DNA of 58,165 nt from assembly GCA_944386715.1 (NCBI GenBank), contig CALXCD010000005.1, positions 1-58,165 on the forward strand, in the 5' to 3' direction. The notes beneath the pieces are model-generated. The model had not been told where the DNA came from, made no database searches, and saw nothing but the letters and a program-made list of their open reading frames with translations. This document shows positions 30,374 through 40,683 of the stretch, piece after piece. Source of the DNA: an uncultured Clostridia bacterium (GTDB taxonomy: Bacteria > Bacillota > Clostridia > TANB77 > CAG-508). Each line of letters starts with the position of its first letter. Positions within the stretch are counted from its first letter, which is position 1. The position numbers and the translations under genes are program-made.

Positions 30374-31198
30374 TTATTTTTCCTCTAATTCCTGCAATGC
30401 TTGTATATATTGTTCTTCATTTGGAGCTTTTCCATGCCATCCTACTTGATTTTCCATAAAAGAAATTCCTTTTCCTTTTATGGTTTTAGCAATAATACAA
30501 GTTGGTTTTCCTTTCACATTTTTTGCCACATCAAAAGCCTTTATAATTTCAGTTATATCATGTCCATCTATTTTTATAATTTCAAATCCAAAACTTCTAA
30601 ATTTTTCATCTATTGGATAGGAACTCATTACTTCTTCAATGGTTCCATCTATTTGTAAATTGTTGTTATCTACAATCACACATAAATTATCCAACTTATA
30701 TTTATTAGCTGCCATAGCAGCTTCCCATATTTGTCCTTCTTCTATTTCTCCATCTCCTAATATACAATAAACTCGATAATCTTTTCCATCCATTTTCCCT
30801 GCTATTGCCATTCCATTTGCAGCAGATAAGCCTTGTCCTAAAGAACCTGTTGTCATATCTACTCCTGGGACTTTATTTTTATCTGGATGTCCTTGTAGAT
30901 AACTATTAATATTTCTAAATGTCTTTAAATCTTCTACCGGGAAAAAGCCTCGATTTGCTAAACAGCTATATAAAGCTGGTGAACAATGCCCTTTAGATAA
31001 AACTAATCTATCTCTATCGTCCCAATTAGGATTTTTTTCATCGATATTCATTTCTTTAAAATATAAAACAGTTAAAATATCTGCAACTGATAAAGAACCT
31101 CCTGGATGTCCAGATTGATTGCTATATACTGCCTCTATGATTCCTTTCCTTACTTGCTTTGCCATTTTTTCTAATTCTTCTACTTTTGTTAATTTCAA
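30374..31198 (-). CDS. Transketolase, N-terminal (TPP-binding) subunit
   Basis: SGHPGGSLS, LSKGH, TGSLGQG, GDGEIEEG..WEA; TTG start behind GAGGTG. Confidence 0.92.
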   Translation of the reverse strand: MKLTKVEELEKMAKQVRKGIIEAVYSNQSGHPGGSLSVADILTVLYFKEMNIDEKNPNWDDRDRLVLSKGHCSPALYSCLANRGFFPVEDLKTFRNINSYLQGHPDKNKVPGVDMTTGSLGQGLSAANGMAIAGKMDGKDYRVYCILGDGEIEEGQIWEAAMAANKYKLDNLCVIVDNNNLQIDGTIEEVMSSYPIDEKFRSFGFEIIKIDGHDITEIIKAFDVAKNVKGKPTCIIAKTIKGKGISFMENQVGWHGKAPNEEQYIQALQELEEK

Positions 31199-31216
31199 TG
31201 AAAACACCTCTCATTT

Positions 31217-32092
31217 TTATACTTTATCACCTGGTAATGATTTGATTTCTTGTTTTGGATTTTTGAATTTTTTAAACCATTGTTTTAATTTTTTTACATT
31301 TTCTTTCACATCTCCTAAGAAATATGAGAAAGCAAAACCAATAACTACTAAGATAATAGAAATCACTGAATTTAAATTAAATCCTAATCCACAACTTTCA
31401 TTTAATACATTTGGAATAATAGATAAAAATAATCCAAATATAACAGAAAATGTAACTGTATAAAATCTTTTAATCAATTTATTCATAATAAAGGATATCA
31501 CTAATACTCCTATTACTAATCCAACTCCTGCTGGAATTAAAATAGATAAATTAAAATCTGCTATTGAACCTACATATAATTCATATAATCCTAATGAAGA
31601 TAATATTACTGCACTATCTACTCCTGGAACAATAGAAGAACCTGCAACTGCTATTCCAAGAAAAACAGATTGCAATAAATTAGGGTCTGTTATTGTTGGG
31701 AACAAATTTGCATTAAAATGGAAGAAACTAAATCCTATAATAGCCGCAATAATGATAATGGCATAATATTTCTTATGAAATCCATTCTTTTTTACTTCTT
31801 TATAAAAAAGTGGTATGGTTCCCAAAACTAATCCCAAAAATGCATATCTGGTATACATCTCATAATTCACTAATAAAAAATCGACTATTTTACTAAATAT
31901 AATAACGCCTACTCCAAATCCTAAAACTAATGGTAACAAAAATTTAACATTATTTTTAAAGTCTTTAAACAATGTTCCTATTGCTGCAACTGCCTTTTCA
32001 TATAATCCTAAAATGACTAATAACACACTCCCACTTAAACCTGGTGCTATTCCTCCAATTCCTACTATAATTCCTTTCAAAAAATTACGCAT
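31217..32092 (-). CDS. DUF368 family membrane protein (second paralog)
   Basis: KGIIVGIGGIAPGLSGS, IVPGVDSA. Confidence 0.85.
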   Translation of the reverse strand: MRNFLKGIIVGIGGIAPGLSGSVLLVILGLYEKAVAAIGTLFKDFKNNVKFLLPLVLGFGVGVIIFSKIVDFLLVNYEMYTRYAFLGLVLGTIPLFYKEVKKNGFHKKYYAIIIIAAIIGFSFFHFNANLFPTITDPNLLQSVFLGIAVAGSSIVPGVDSAVILSSLGLYELYVGSIADFNLSILIPAGVGLVIGVLVISFIMNKLIKRFYTVTFSVIFGLFLSIIPNVLNESCGLGFNLNSVISIILVVIGFAFSYFLGDVKENVKKLKQWFKKFKNPKQEIKSLPGDKV

Positions 32093-32223
32093 GATGACCT
32101 CCCTATTTTTATGATTGATAAACTTAACTACTATATTACCATATTTACCAATATTTTTCTATACTAAACTCTATTTTTTTTGATTTTATCGTTACTAGAT
32201 AATGGCTTTCACTTATTTTTACT

Positions 32224-32319
32224 CAAAAGTATTGATATATTAATATTTTGCAGACAAGACCCGGATTGTTACGCTCAAGATATGTTTTGTCAAATAATAT
32301 TAATATATCAATACTTTTG
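32224..32319. repeat. Dispersed palindromic repeat, copy 5 of 5
   Basis: caaaagtattgatatattaatattttgcagacaagacccggattgtt...ttttgtcaaataatattaatatatcaatacttttg. Confidence 0.9.
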
Positions 32320-32417
32320 GATATTTATTTTTTACTCATTAACTAGTAACATTTTATCATATTTGCTTGCCTTCCATGATACAATTATACTATAATAATT
32401 TAGAAAGGACTGGTTAT

Positions 32418-33836
32418 ATGTTAGAAGAATATATTGAAAAAAATAAACAAGAAATCATCACAAAAACACAAGAATTAATTCAAATTCCTAGTGTTTATGA
32501 AAAATCAGACAATCCTTATGAACCTTTTGGGAAAAATGCAAATAAAGCTCTAGAATATATGTTATCCTTGGGAAGGCAACTTGGTTTTCGCACCAAAAAT
32601 ATAGATGGTTACTGTGGGTATATTGAGTTTGGAGAAGGAGAAGAATTAGTTGGTATCATAGGTCATTTAGATGTTGTCCCAGCAGGAGATAATTGGACTT
32701 ATCCACCTTTTAGTGGAACTATCTTTGATAATAAAATTTATGGAAGAGGTGCTATTGATGACAAAGGTCCTGTCATTGCTAGTCTTTATGCCATGAAAGC
32801 AGTGATGGATACCTGCCAAGTTCAAAAAAGAGTAAGACTTATTTTAGGTCTTAATGAAGAAAATGACTGGAAATGTATAGCACATTATAAAGAAAAAGAA
32901 GAACTACCTACCATTGGATTCAGCCCAGACGCAGATTTTCCATGTATTTATGCAGAAAAAGGCACTCTTACTTCTTATTTATTAATGGATTACTCCCCTT
33001 TTCTATCAAAAGATATTATCATTAAAGAAATTGATAGTTATGGAAATGCCTTTAACGTTGTACCTAAAATTTGCAGTGTTACTTTAGAAATTAATCCTTC
33101 TAAAATTTTAATGTGTGATTTGATTGACCATTTAAAAAACTTGATTGCTAATTTGAATTTCGAAATTGATATTTATAAAATGAATGAACAAGAAATTAAA
33201 CTAACTGCACATGGCATGCAAGCTCATAGTGCCCACCCTGATTTAGGAATAAATGCCATTTCTAGATTAATTGTTGTTTTAGATTCTATTTTTAAAACTT
33301 ATTCCATTTCTATTGATTTATTAGATTTCTTTACGCAAAAGATTAACACAGAATATAATGGAAAAAGCCTTGGAATTGATATTAAAGATGAATCTGGAAG
33401 TTTAACCTTAAATGTAGGAGAATTTGCATTAGAAAATAACTTTCTAAAAATTGGCATGAATATTAGAATTCCTGTTAATACCCCAATTGTTGATATCGGA
33501 AATACTTTTTTAAAACAAACTAGTTCCTATATTAATGTTGATTTCCAAACAAAAACTTATAAAGAACCTTTATATATTTCAAAAGATAATTATTTAGTAA
33601 AAACACTTTGCAAAATTTATAATGAAACAACTCACTCTCAAGAAGAACCTATTGCAATTGGCGGTGTAACTTATGCCAGAGCATTTGATAATTGTATTTC
33701 TTTTGGTGCAAATCTACCAGGTCAAAAAGATATGTGTCATCAAACAGACGAATTTATTTCTATCGATAATCTTTTATTAGCTAGTAAAATTTATGCCAAA
33801 GCAATTTATGAATTAACTAAACTACATGATAATTAG
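32418..33836 (+). CDS. pepV: M20 family dipeptidase (PepV/Sapep-like)
   Basis: GHLDVVP, GRGAIDDKGP, NEEN, PDADFP..EKG, HQTDE. Confidence 0.88.
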   Translation: MLEEYIEKNKQEIITKTQELIQIPSVYEKSDNPYEPFGKNANKALEYMLSLGRQLGFRTKNIDGYCGYIEFGEGEELVGIIGHLDVVPAGDNWTYPPFSGTIFDNKIYGRGAIDDKGPVIASLYAMKAVMDTCQVQKRVRLILGLNEENDWKCIAHYKEKEELPTIGFSPDADFPCIYAEKGTLTSYLLMDYSPFLSKDIIIKEIDSYGNAFNVVPKICSVTLEINPSKILMCDLIDHLKNLIANLNFEIDIYKMNEQEIKLTAHGMQAHSAHPDLGINAISRLIVVLDSIFKTYSISIDLLDFFTQKINTEYNGKSLGIDIKDESGSLTLNVGEFALENNFLKIGMNIRIPVNTPIVDIGNTFLKQTSSYINVDFQTKTYKEPLYISKDNYLVKTLCKIYNETTHSQEEPIAIGGVTYARAFDNCISFGANLPGQKDMCHQTDEFISIDNLLLASKIYAKAIYELTKLHDN

Positions 33837-33940
33837 TATTTTATGCTATCTTTTCAAAAACTTTTCTTTTTCATGTCATTTTTAATTTTATGATTATTAG
33901 CACTCACATAATCATAACCACACATATAACATCATAAAAT

Positions 33941-33972
33941 TTTCCCCGATAATTTTATAATTACCGGGGAAA
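33941..33972. terminator. Intrinsic terminator hairpin
   Basis: tttccccg-ataattttataatta-ccggggaaa between convergent genes. Confidence 0.65.
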
Positions 33973-34022
33973 GTTTTTAATTAAAAAACCTTGGAAAAAG
34001 CCAATAAAGGAATTTTCTAAAT

Positions 34023-34733
34023 CTAGAACTTTTCCTTTTCTTTTTTTTCATTTTCCAACCATACACTCAATCCAGCAATGGCAACTAACAATTCTTTATC
34101 CGTCGGCTCACTTGTTGTAAATATCTGCAAGAAATTTAATTTTCCGCATTTCCATAGTATATATAGTACAAATACTATTACACTTATATCACTAACAAAT
34201 GTCCAAAAAAACATCATTATATCCCAAATAAAGATTAGGGTTATAATATTTGTACCACAACCGTTACTATATCGAGAATATCTCTTTATTTCTTCAAGAA
34301 ATGGTACTCTTTTTAATTTACTATATGCATTAAGTACCATATGCTCAGCCGAGTGAAATTTAAATATATTTTTTTCTATTTTTTTCTCTATAACAATATA
34401 CATTACAAACATATACAATATTATAAATGCAAAAAATATAAATAGAAACCGAATCCCCCATATAGGTCCTTTGCTTATTATCACCCTGTCAAGTACTAAT
34501 GAGAAAATTAGAGAAAATGGTAAAAAACTTAGTATAAGAATTTTTTTAGCATTCTCAATTTTATTGCTTTTATTCTTCTCTTTTCTATATTTTTCTATTG
34601 TAGTCCATTCTGTCTTTATATTTCCCATTTCATCCACTATTGAAACAGCAATATAACCTTCATGGCGTTTTGAATAAAATAAAATACCATTGCCCATAGA
34701 ACGTGCATGATCTACTTTTAATTTTGTCCGCAT
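34023..34733 (-). CDS. DUF1385-like membrane protein
   Basis: FKFHSAEHM and YSNGCGT motifs; TM helices. Confidence 0.65.
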   Translation of the reverse strand: MRTKLKVDHARSMGNGILFYSKRHEGYIAVSIVDEMGNIKTEWTTIEKYRKEKNKSNKIENAKKILILSFLPFSLIFSLVLDRVIISKGPIWGIRFLFIFFAFIILYMFVMYIVIEKKIEKNIFKFHSAEHMVLNAYSKLKRVPFLEEIKRYSRYSNGCGTNIITLIFIWDIMMFFWTFVSDISVIVFVLYILWKCGKLNFLQIFTTSEPTDKELLVAIAGLSVWLENEKKEKEKF

Positions 34734-34912
34734 AACGCTTCCTCCTTCAAATTTTTATATCTTATATTATACCAAATTTGGTGCAAAAAATCAATCTATA
34801 TGAATTTTTTGTATATATATACTTATAATTTTCTCTTAATTTTTGACAAAAAGCACAGTATAATATTTATGTAAATTACAATAAATTTTCTGAAAAGGAA
34901 AGGAGAAACTGT

Positions 34913-35113
34913 ATGTTTGATTTAACATTATTAGCAAGAGAAACTGGAAGTAAAATTCACTATGAAAACAGCTCTTTTATATGTACTCACCGGAAAGAGA
35001 TTAATCAACTAGCTCAACACGAAGGAGCTCACATCATGCACAACAACGTTATTCTTTTCGAAACAGAAGAAAACATGTATTCTTTTGCTTCAAAAATTGC
35101 TACTATTAAGTAA
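34913..35113 (+). CDS. Small hypothetical protein (66 aa)
   Basis: AAGGAG RBS, upstream TTGACA..TATAAT-like promoter, downstream terminator. Confidence 0.6.
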   Translation: MFDLTLLARETGSKIHYENSSFICTHRKEINQLAQHEGAHIMHNNVILFETEENMYSFASKIATIK

Positions 35114-35123
35114 TATCCTTTCA

Positions 35124-35155
35124 AAAACCCCCAAGGTGTCTGCCTTGGGGGTTTT
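35124..35155. terminator. Bidirectional intrinsic terminator
   Basis: aaaacccccaagg-tgtctg-ccttgggggtttt. Confidence 0.85.
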
Positions 35156-35157
35156 AT

Positions 35158-36963
35158 TTACGCTTCAAAAAACTTTTTAAAATCTTCTTCATTAATTTTT
35201 TCTTTTTCTAATAATGCTTGTGCAATAGCATCTAATTTATCTCTGTGTTCTTGTAATAAAGTTTGTGCATCTCGGTAAGCTGTATCTATTAATTGTTTTA
35301 CTTCTTGTCCTATTTTATCTCCAATTCCCTCTCCAAACATTTGCATTTCATAAGGTTCTTTTCCTTGGAAATCAATAGGTCCTAAAGTATCGCTCATACC
35401 ATATTTGGTAACCATATCCTTAGCTACTTGTGTTGCCACTTCAATATCATTACTTGCACCAGTTGAAATATCATCTAAAACCAATTTCTCTGCAGCTCTA
35501 CCACCTAGTAATGCAATCAATTTTTCTTGCATTTCTGTTTTAGAAATATAGTATTTATCTTCATCAGACTTATACATTGTATATCCACCTGCAACACCTC
35601 TTGGAATAATAGAAACTTCTTTGACATTTGTCTGAGTTGGCAAGTACTGGCTTACAACTGCATGTCCAGCCTCGTGATAAGCTGTTAATTTTTTATCTTT
35701 ATCAGAAATCACTCTTTGTCTTTTTTCTAATCCAACTGTTACCTTTTTAACAGCTTCTTCCACATCCTGATTTTCAATACCATCATGTTTATTTTTAGTA
35801 GCAATAATAGCCGCTTCATTTAAAATATTTGCTAACTCTGCTCCTGTAAATCCTGCTGTATCTTCTGCAATACTCTCTAAATTCACATCTTCTGACAATT
35901 TTTTATCTTTTGTATGTATTTTTAGAATTTCTAATCTTCCTTTTAAATCTGGCGTTGGAATCGTAATTTGTCTATCAAATCTTCCTGGTCTCAATAAAGC
36001 TTTATCTAACATCTCTGGTCTATTGGTTGCAGCTAATACAATAATCGTTTCTTCTGAACTAAATCCATCCATTTCTACTAATAATTGGTTTAATGTTTGA
36101 TTATTTTCTGTTTCTGCACCACTATTAGAAGTTCTTCTAGAACCTATAGCATCTATTTCATCTATAAATACAATACAAGGTGCTAATTTTCTTGCTTTTT
36201 CAAATAATTTTCTCACTCTAGAAGCCCCTAGACCTGCAAACATCTCAATAAATTCTGAACCACTCATCGAAATAAAAGGAACATCTGCTTCTCCTGCGAT
36301 AGCTTTTGCAATTAATGTTTTACCAGTTCCTGGTTTTCCATATAATAAAACACCTTTTGGGATTTTAGCTCCCATTTTTGCAAATTTTTCTGGTCTTTTT
36401 AGAAAATCTACTATTTCGATTAATTCTTCTTTTTCCTCATCTAATCCTGCAACATCATCAAATTTTACTTTTGTTTTTCTTTGTGTATCATCATAAACTT
36501 TTCCTTTTTCTCCTAAACCTTGCATTTTAAATATCATGATAAACAAAGCAAGCATAATCGCTGTTGGTAAGAAACTAATAATAATACTTGGTAATTGTGC
36601 AAAAAAACTTCTTGGCTTTTGTATTAATTCGATTTCATTACCTTCTGCCACTTTTGTTTGCACTAATTCAATAAATGCCTCTGTATCAGGAACAATAGCT
36701 GTCTTTTCCTCTTCTTCATTCTTCATTTTGACTTTTACCTGAGTACTTCCTGTTGTCATTTCAATTTTTTCTATATTTCCATAAGACATTTCTTTAATTA
36801 AATCTGTATATGCTAAAGTCTTATCATCTTCCTCTCCTTTTACTTTTGTAAAATATACGATTCCCACTGTTATCAATGCTATTAATAAAACCAATACTAA
36901 TAATGATAAAAGTAGTTTCTTATTTTTGTTTTTTTCTTCTTTATTTTCATTTTGATTATTCAT
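35158..36963 (-). CDS. ftsH: ATP-dependent zinc metalloprotease FtsH
   Basis: Two TMs, GKPGTGKT, FIDEID, ALLRPGRFDR, HEAGH. Confidence 0.97.
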   Translation of the reverse strand: MNNQNENKEEKNKNKKLLLSLLVLVLLIALITVGIVYFTKVKGEEDDKTLAYTDLIKEMSYGNIEKIEMTTGSTQVKVKMKNEEEEKTAIVPDTEAFIELVQTKVAEGNEIELIQKPRSFFAQLPSIIISFLPTAIMLALFIMIFKMQGLGEKGKVYDDTQRKTKVKFDDVAGLDEEKEELIEIVDFLKRPEKFAKMGAKIPKGVLLYGKPGTGKTLIAKAIAGEADVPFISMSGSEFIEMFAGLGASRVRKLFEKARKLAPCIVFIDEIDAIGSRRTSNSGAETENNQTLNQLLVEMDGFSSEETIIVLAATNRPEMLDKALLRPGRFDRQITIPTPDLKGRLEILKIHTKDKKLSEDVNLESIAEDTAGFTGAELANILNEAAIIATKNKHDGIENQDVEEAVKKVTVGLEKRQRVISDKDKKLTAYHEAGHAVVSQYLPTQTNVKEVSIIPRGVAGGYTMYKSDEDKYYISKTEMQEKLIALLGGRAAEKLVLDDISTGASNDIEVATQVAKDMVTKYGMSDTLGPIDFQGKEPYEMQMFGEGIGDKIGQEVKQLIDTAYRDAQTLLQEHRDKLDAIAQALLEKEKINEEDFKKFFEA

Positions 36964-36981
36964 TTCTACTATTCCTTTCTT

Positions 36982-38079
36982 TTAAGCATTAGAACCTTCT
37001 GGCTCTTCTCCTAAATTATTATCTTTCTTTTTTTCTTTCTTTTCCCCACTTTTATCTTCTTTTTCTCCTTTTTTATCTGTATCTTTATTTTGTTCTTTTT
37101 CCTCTTCTTTTTGCTTTTCCTGCTCTAATTCTTTTTTTACGATAGCTTGTGCTTCAGCAATTTTCATTAATTCTGCTTGTTTCTTTATGGTTTCTGATTT
37201 AATAATAAAGATAGCTGCAATCAAATAAATCGTTGCTACTGCCACATACATCACTTGGAAATAAGCAATAGTAAATGGTATAAACATATTAATAATTAAA
37301 TAAATAACATTTAATAAAACAGATAAGGTAATGGCATAAACAGACATATTAAATACTGCTGCATATCTCATCTTTATTTTTAATAACCATGCCGTAATAT
37401 ATCCCACAATACTAATCATGACAACATACCATAAAGTGGTGATAAAATACATCATGATACTGTAAATAAAAATGGTAATAAACATACTAATATATAAAGT
37501 AATAATTTGATTACTATTCGCATAATTAATAACATCTTGTTTATTAAATTGTGTTATTTGCATATTACCTAAAATTTGTTGGTAATCATAAGAAATAGAG
37601 CCAACAACAGTTGGCGTTTTCACCAAAACTTTTTGTTTCAAAACAACAATACCACTTTCATTACTTCCTATATCATTTAGATATTGATTAATTTGTTCTT
37701 CAGAGTCTGTTTTGGTATCTACAATAATCTTTCCGACACCAGATTGTTCTGCTCCGATAACAATAGGTTCTTCTGTTTCTACTGATAGAGTTCCCTCTTG
37801 ATAAGAAAAAGCTGGAAATTCATTTTGCAAATACTCTACTCCGTCTCTTACTGCCTCATATGTTTCATAAGTCATCCAAATAGAAAGTACTACTGCTAGA
37901 ATAGCAACAATTTTAAATAAATAAGAAATTGCTCTTCCAACTCCTTCTGTTGCCATTTCTGGATATTTTTCTATATTCACAATTGAATACCATAATTTCT
38001 TAAAAAAACCTTTTCGAAAATTCTGAGTTTCTTGTTGTTTTGCCTCTTGTGTCTGATTCTTTTCTTTTTGTTCTTCCAT
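36982..38079 (-). CDS. DUF1189-like membrane protein
   Basis: N-terminal TM, extracellular loop, three C-terminal TMs, charged tail. Confidence 0.6.
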   Translation of the reverse strand: MEEQKEKNQTQEAKQQETQNFRKGFFKKLWYSIVNIEKYPEMATEGVGRAISYLFKIVAILAVVLSIWMTYETYEAVRDGVEYLQNEFPAFSYQEGTLSVETEEPIVIGAEQSGVGKIIVDTKTDSEEQINQYLNDIGSNESGIVVLKQKVLVKTPTVVGSISYDYQQILGNMQITQFNKQDVINYANSNQIITLYISMFITIFIYSIMMYFITTLWYVVMISIVGYITAWLLKIKMRYAAVFNMSVYAITLSVLLNVIYLIINMFIPFTIAYFQVMYVAVATIYLIAAIFIIKSETIKKQAELMKIAEAQAIVKKELEQEKQKEEEKEQNKDTDKKGEKEDKSGEKKEKKKDNNLGEEPEGSNA

Positions 38080-39197
38080 TATCGATATTCCCTCCTTATT
38101 GCAGAATCTACATATTTTGGATTTACTTGAAAAATAACAGTATCACCTATCTTAATATCTTTATTAGTAACATCACATACAATATGATGTGTTCCTACTC
38201 TTCCCAACACTTTGCAAGATATATCTTGAATTTTAACATAAATGGCTTTTTTCTTAAAAAAGTCTTTTGTATCTCTTACAATATAACGCAACTGGTCTAT
38301 TTTTCGATACATATCTCTATCAGTTGTAATATTAATTCCATCCATATAACCAGCCGGAATAATAGCAACTTTTGTTTCTTTTTTCGTTTGATAGGTATTA
38401 GAATATCCTACATTAAATCCTTTTGGCAATAGTTTCATTTCTGTTATTTTAGATTCTAAATAAGCAATTTTCTTTAAACCCATATGGTTTGGAAAAGATA
38501 ATCTACCTAAAAAAGCAGAACCGATTCTTACTGCATTTAAATGCATAGACGGAAATTTCACAAAAGCAGAAGAATTACAAATGTGTAACATTCCGGTTGG
38601 AATATCATTCATTTTTAAGACTTCGATTACTTGCATAAATCTATCAAATTGTTTTTTTGTATATTTATCATCAAAAAAACTAACAGAAAAATGAGAAAAA
38701 GTACCTTCTATTTTAATATGTTTCATAGATTTTAATACTTCTATCATTTCTTCTCTCTGTGAATAGACAAAACCATATCTTCCAAATCCCGTATCAATTT
38801 TTAAATGAGCTCTTACTGTAATATCTTGCTCTTTTGCTATTTTTTCTACCTCTTGAACAGCTTCTTTAGAACCTATTGTTAAAATAATCTTATTTTCTAT
38901 TAAAGCTTTGATATCTTCTTTGATAGCTGTTGAAGATAACATCAAAATATCTTGTTTGATGCCTGCTTGTCTTAATTGTATTGCCTCCTCTACAGTAGAT
39001 ACTGCAAAAAAGTCAATTCCATTATCTATTAAAAATTGCACATAAGGAATCAGTCCTAACCCATAGCCATTAGATTTCACAACTGCAATTATTTTTACTG
39101 GTTTTCCATTATCATCTGGTTCATTTGTCTTGGCATGTTCTTTTATTTTTTCTATATTATGCCTTAAATCTTTGGTTTCTATTACTAATGTTTTCAA
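38079..39197 (-). CDS. alr: Alanine racemase
   Basis: AVVKSNGYG (PLP Lys), [22 protein letters not shown]; TTG start 39197 behind AAGGAG. Confidence 0.88.
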   Translation of the reverse strand: MKTLVIETKDLRHNIEKIKEHAKTNEPDDNGKPVKIIAVVKSNGYGLGLIPYVQFLIDNGIDFFAVSTVEEAIQLRQAGIKQDILMLSSTAIKEDIKALIENKIILTIGSKEAVQEVEKIAKEQDITVRAHLKIDTGFGRYGFVYSQREEMIEVLKSMKHIKIEGTFSHFSVSFFDDKYTKKQFDRFMQVIEVLKMNDIPTGMLHICNSSAFVKFPSMHLNAVRIGSAFLGRLSFPNHMGLKKIAYLESKITEMKLLPKGFNVGYSNTYQTKKETKVAIIPAGYMDGINITTDRDMYRKIDQLRYIVRDTKDFFKKKAIYVKIQDISCKVLGRVGTHHIVCDVTNKDIKIGDTVIFQVNPKYVDSAIRREYR

Positions 39198-39223
39198 AGT
39201 TATTCTCCTTTCGTGCAAACTTA

Positions 39224-40288
39224 CTAGGAATGATTTTTTAATTTCATTTTCCATTGTCTTACTGTTCTAAATAGCTTTTCAGATATTTTATACATTTTAT
39301 AAGTAAATGGTTTGAATGGGAAATATACCTCTCCTATAAATTCTGTAAAAGTAGCACCAAACCCTTTTTTAAATCGATATAATCCATATTGAGGGTGACT
39401 TTCATCTACCACTCCAGATACTCCTCTAAAATCATAGATATCATCTTTTCTTGCAATTGCCATTTTTATCATTTCCCATTGCAATAAATAGTTTGGCATT
39501 AAATTTCTATGTTCATTACTACTTGCACCATATAAATACCAAGTTTTATTTCCATAGAAAATAGGTATCACACCAGAAATTGGCTTTCCATCATAATATG
39601 CCATCAAAACTTTCATATGGTCTGGTCCCAAACAATCATACATTTTTTCAAAATAAGCCAATGGTCTAATAATAAATCCATCTCTTGCTCCTGTTTCAAT
39701 CATAATACGATGAAAATCTTTTAGATCTTCTTTATTTCCCTCTTTGATAGTGACACCTTTTCTTCCTGCTAAACGAATATTATATCTCCATTTTTGATGA
39801 AATCCTGCCATAATTTCTTCTTCTGTTTTATCTTTGATATCTAAACGAAATACATATCTTGGCTGTATCTCATCTTTAAAGTCTTTGGCATCATCTTTAA
39901 TTTTATATCCTAAATTTGTTACAATATCTCTAAAATTTTGGTCATCACTTAAAATATCTGGTTCCATTCTTAAAACCATAGCTTGATATTTTTTAGCTAA
40001 TTCTTTTGCTCCATCTGTTAATTGTTTCATAACTTCTATATCATGAATATCACAAACAGGACCTCTGGCAGCATACATCATATTCCCGAAAATAGGCATT
40101 TTCCTAATCCATACACATAAGGAACCAATAATCTCCCCATTTTCATCTTCTGCCAAAATAACCTCTGGTTTCCAATTTGGTTTCTTTACCTCTGCCCATT
40201 CTAAAGATTGTTGAAAATTACATCTTTCATGTTTTTCTAAAAATTCTTTATATTGTTTTTTTGATTTTTCATCTGTTACAAATCTCAT
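39224..40288 (-). CDS. FemAB/FemX-family peptidoglycan interpeptide bridge aminoacyltransferase
   Basis: [40 protein letters not shown]. Confidence 0.9.
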   Translation of the reverse strand: MRFVTDEKSKKQYKEFLEKHERCNFQQSLEWAEVKKPNWKPEVILAEDENGEIIGSLCVWIRKMPIFGNMMYAARGPVCDIHDIEVMKQLTDGAKELAKKYQAMVLRMEPDILSDDQNFRDIVTNLGYKIKDDAKDFKDEIQPRYVFRLDIKDKTEEEIMAGFHQKWRYNIRLAGRKGVTIKEGNKEDLKDFHRIMIETGARDGFIIRPLAYFEKMYDCLGPDHMKVLMAYYDGKPISGVIPIFYGNKTWYLYGASSNEHRNLMPNYLLQWEMIKMAIARKDDIYDFRGVSGVVDESHPQYGLYRFKKGFGATFTEFIGEVYFPFKPFTYKMYKISEKLFRTVRQWKMKLKNHS

Positions 40289-40316
40289 TATTTAAGCTTT
40301 CCTCCTATATTTGAGT

Positions 40317-40670
40317 TTATCCTACAATTTTTTCTCCTAAACTTTTTCCTGCTAAAAGATGAAAATGTAAATGCATTACTTCTTGTCCTCCATCTTTCCC
40401 ACAATTCACTATCACACGATATCCATTTTCCTTGAATCCTTGCTCTTCTGCAATCTGATTAATAACATGATAAATCTTCCCTATCATCTCTTCATCTTCT
40501 GCCTGCATTTGTGCTAAAGAATCTATATGCTTTTTGGGAATTACTAAAATATGAATTGGTGCAGCTGGATGAATATCTTTAAATGCTAATATTTCTTCAT
40601 CCTCATACACTTTTTGGGATGGAACTTCTCCTTTTATAATCTTACAAAACAAACAATCTTCCATTCTCAT
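40317..40670 (-). CDS. HIT family nucleotide-binding protein
   Basis: CLFCKI, HLHFH triad. Confidence 0.93.
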   Translation of the reverse strand: MRMEDCLFCKIIKGEVPSQKVYEDEEILAFKDIHPAAPIHILVIPKKHIDSLAQMQAEDEEMIGKIYHVINQIAEEQGFKENGYRVIVNCGKDGGQEVMHLHFHLLAGKSLGEKIVG

Positions 40671-40683
40671 CTCATTCCTTTCT

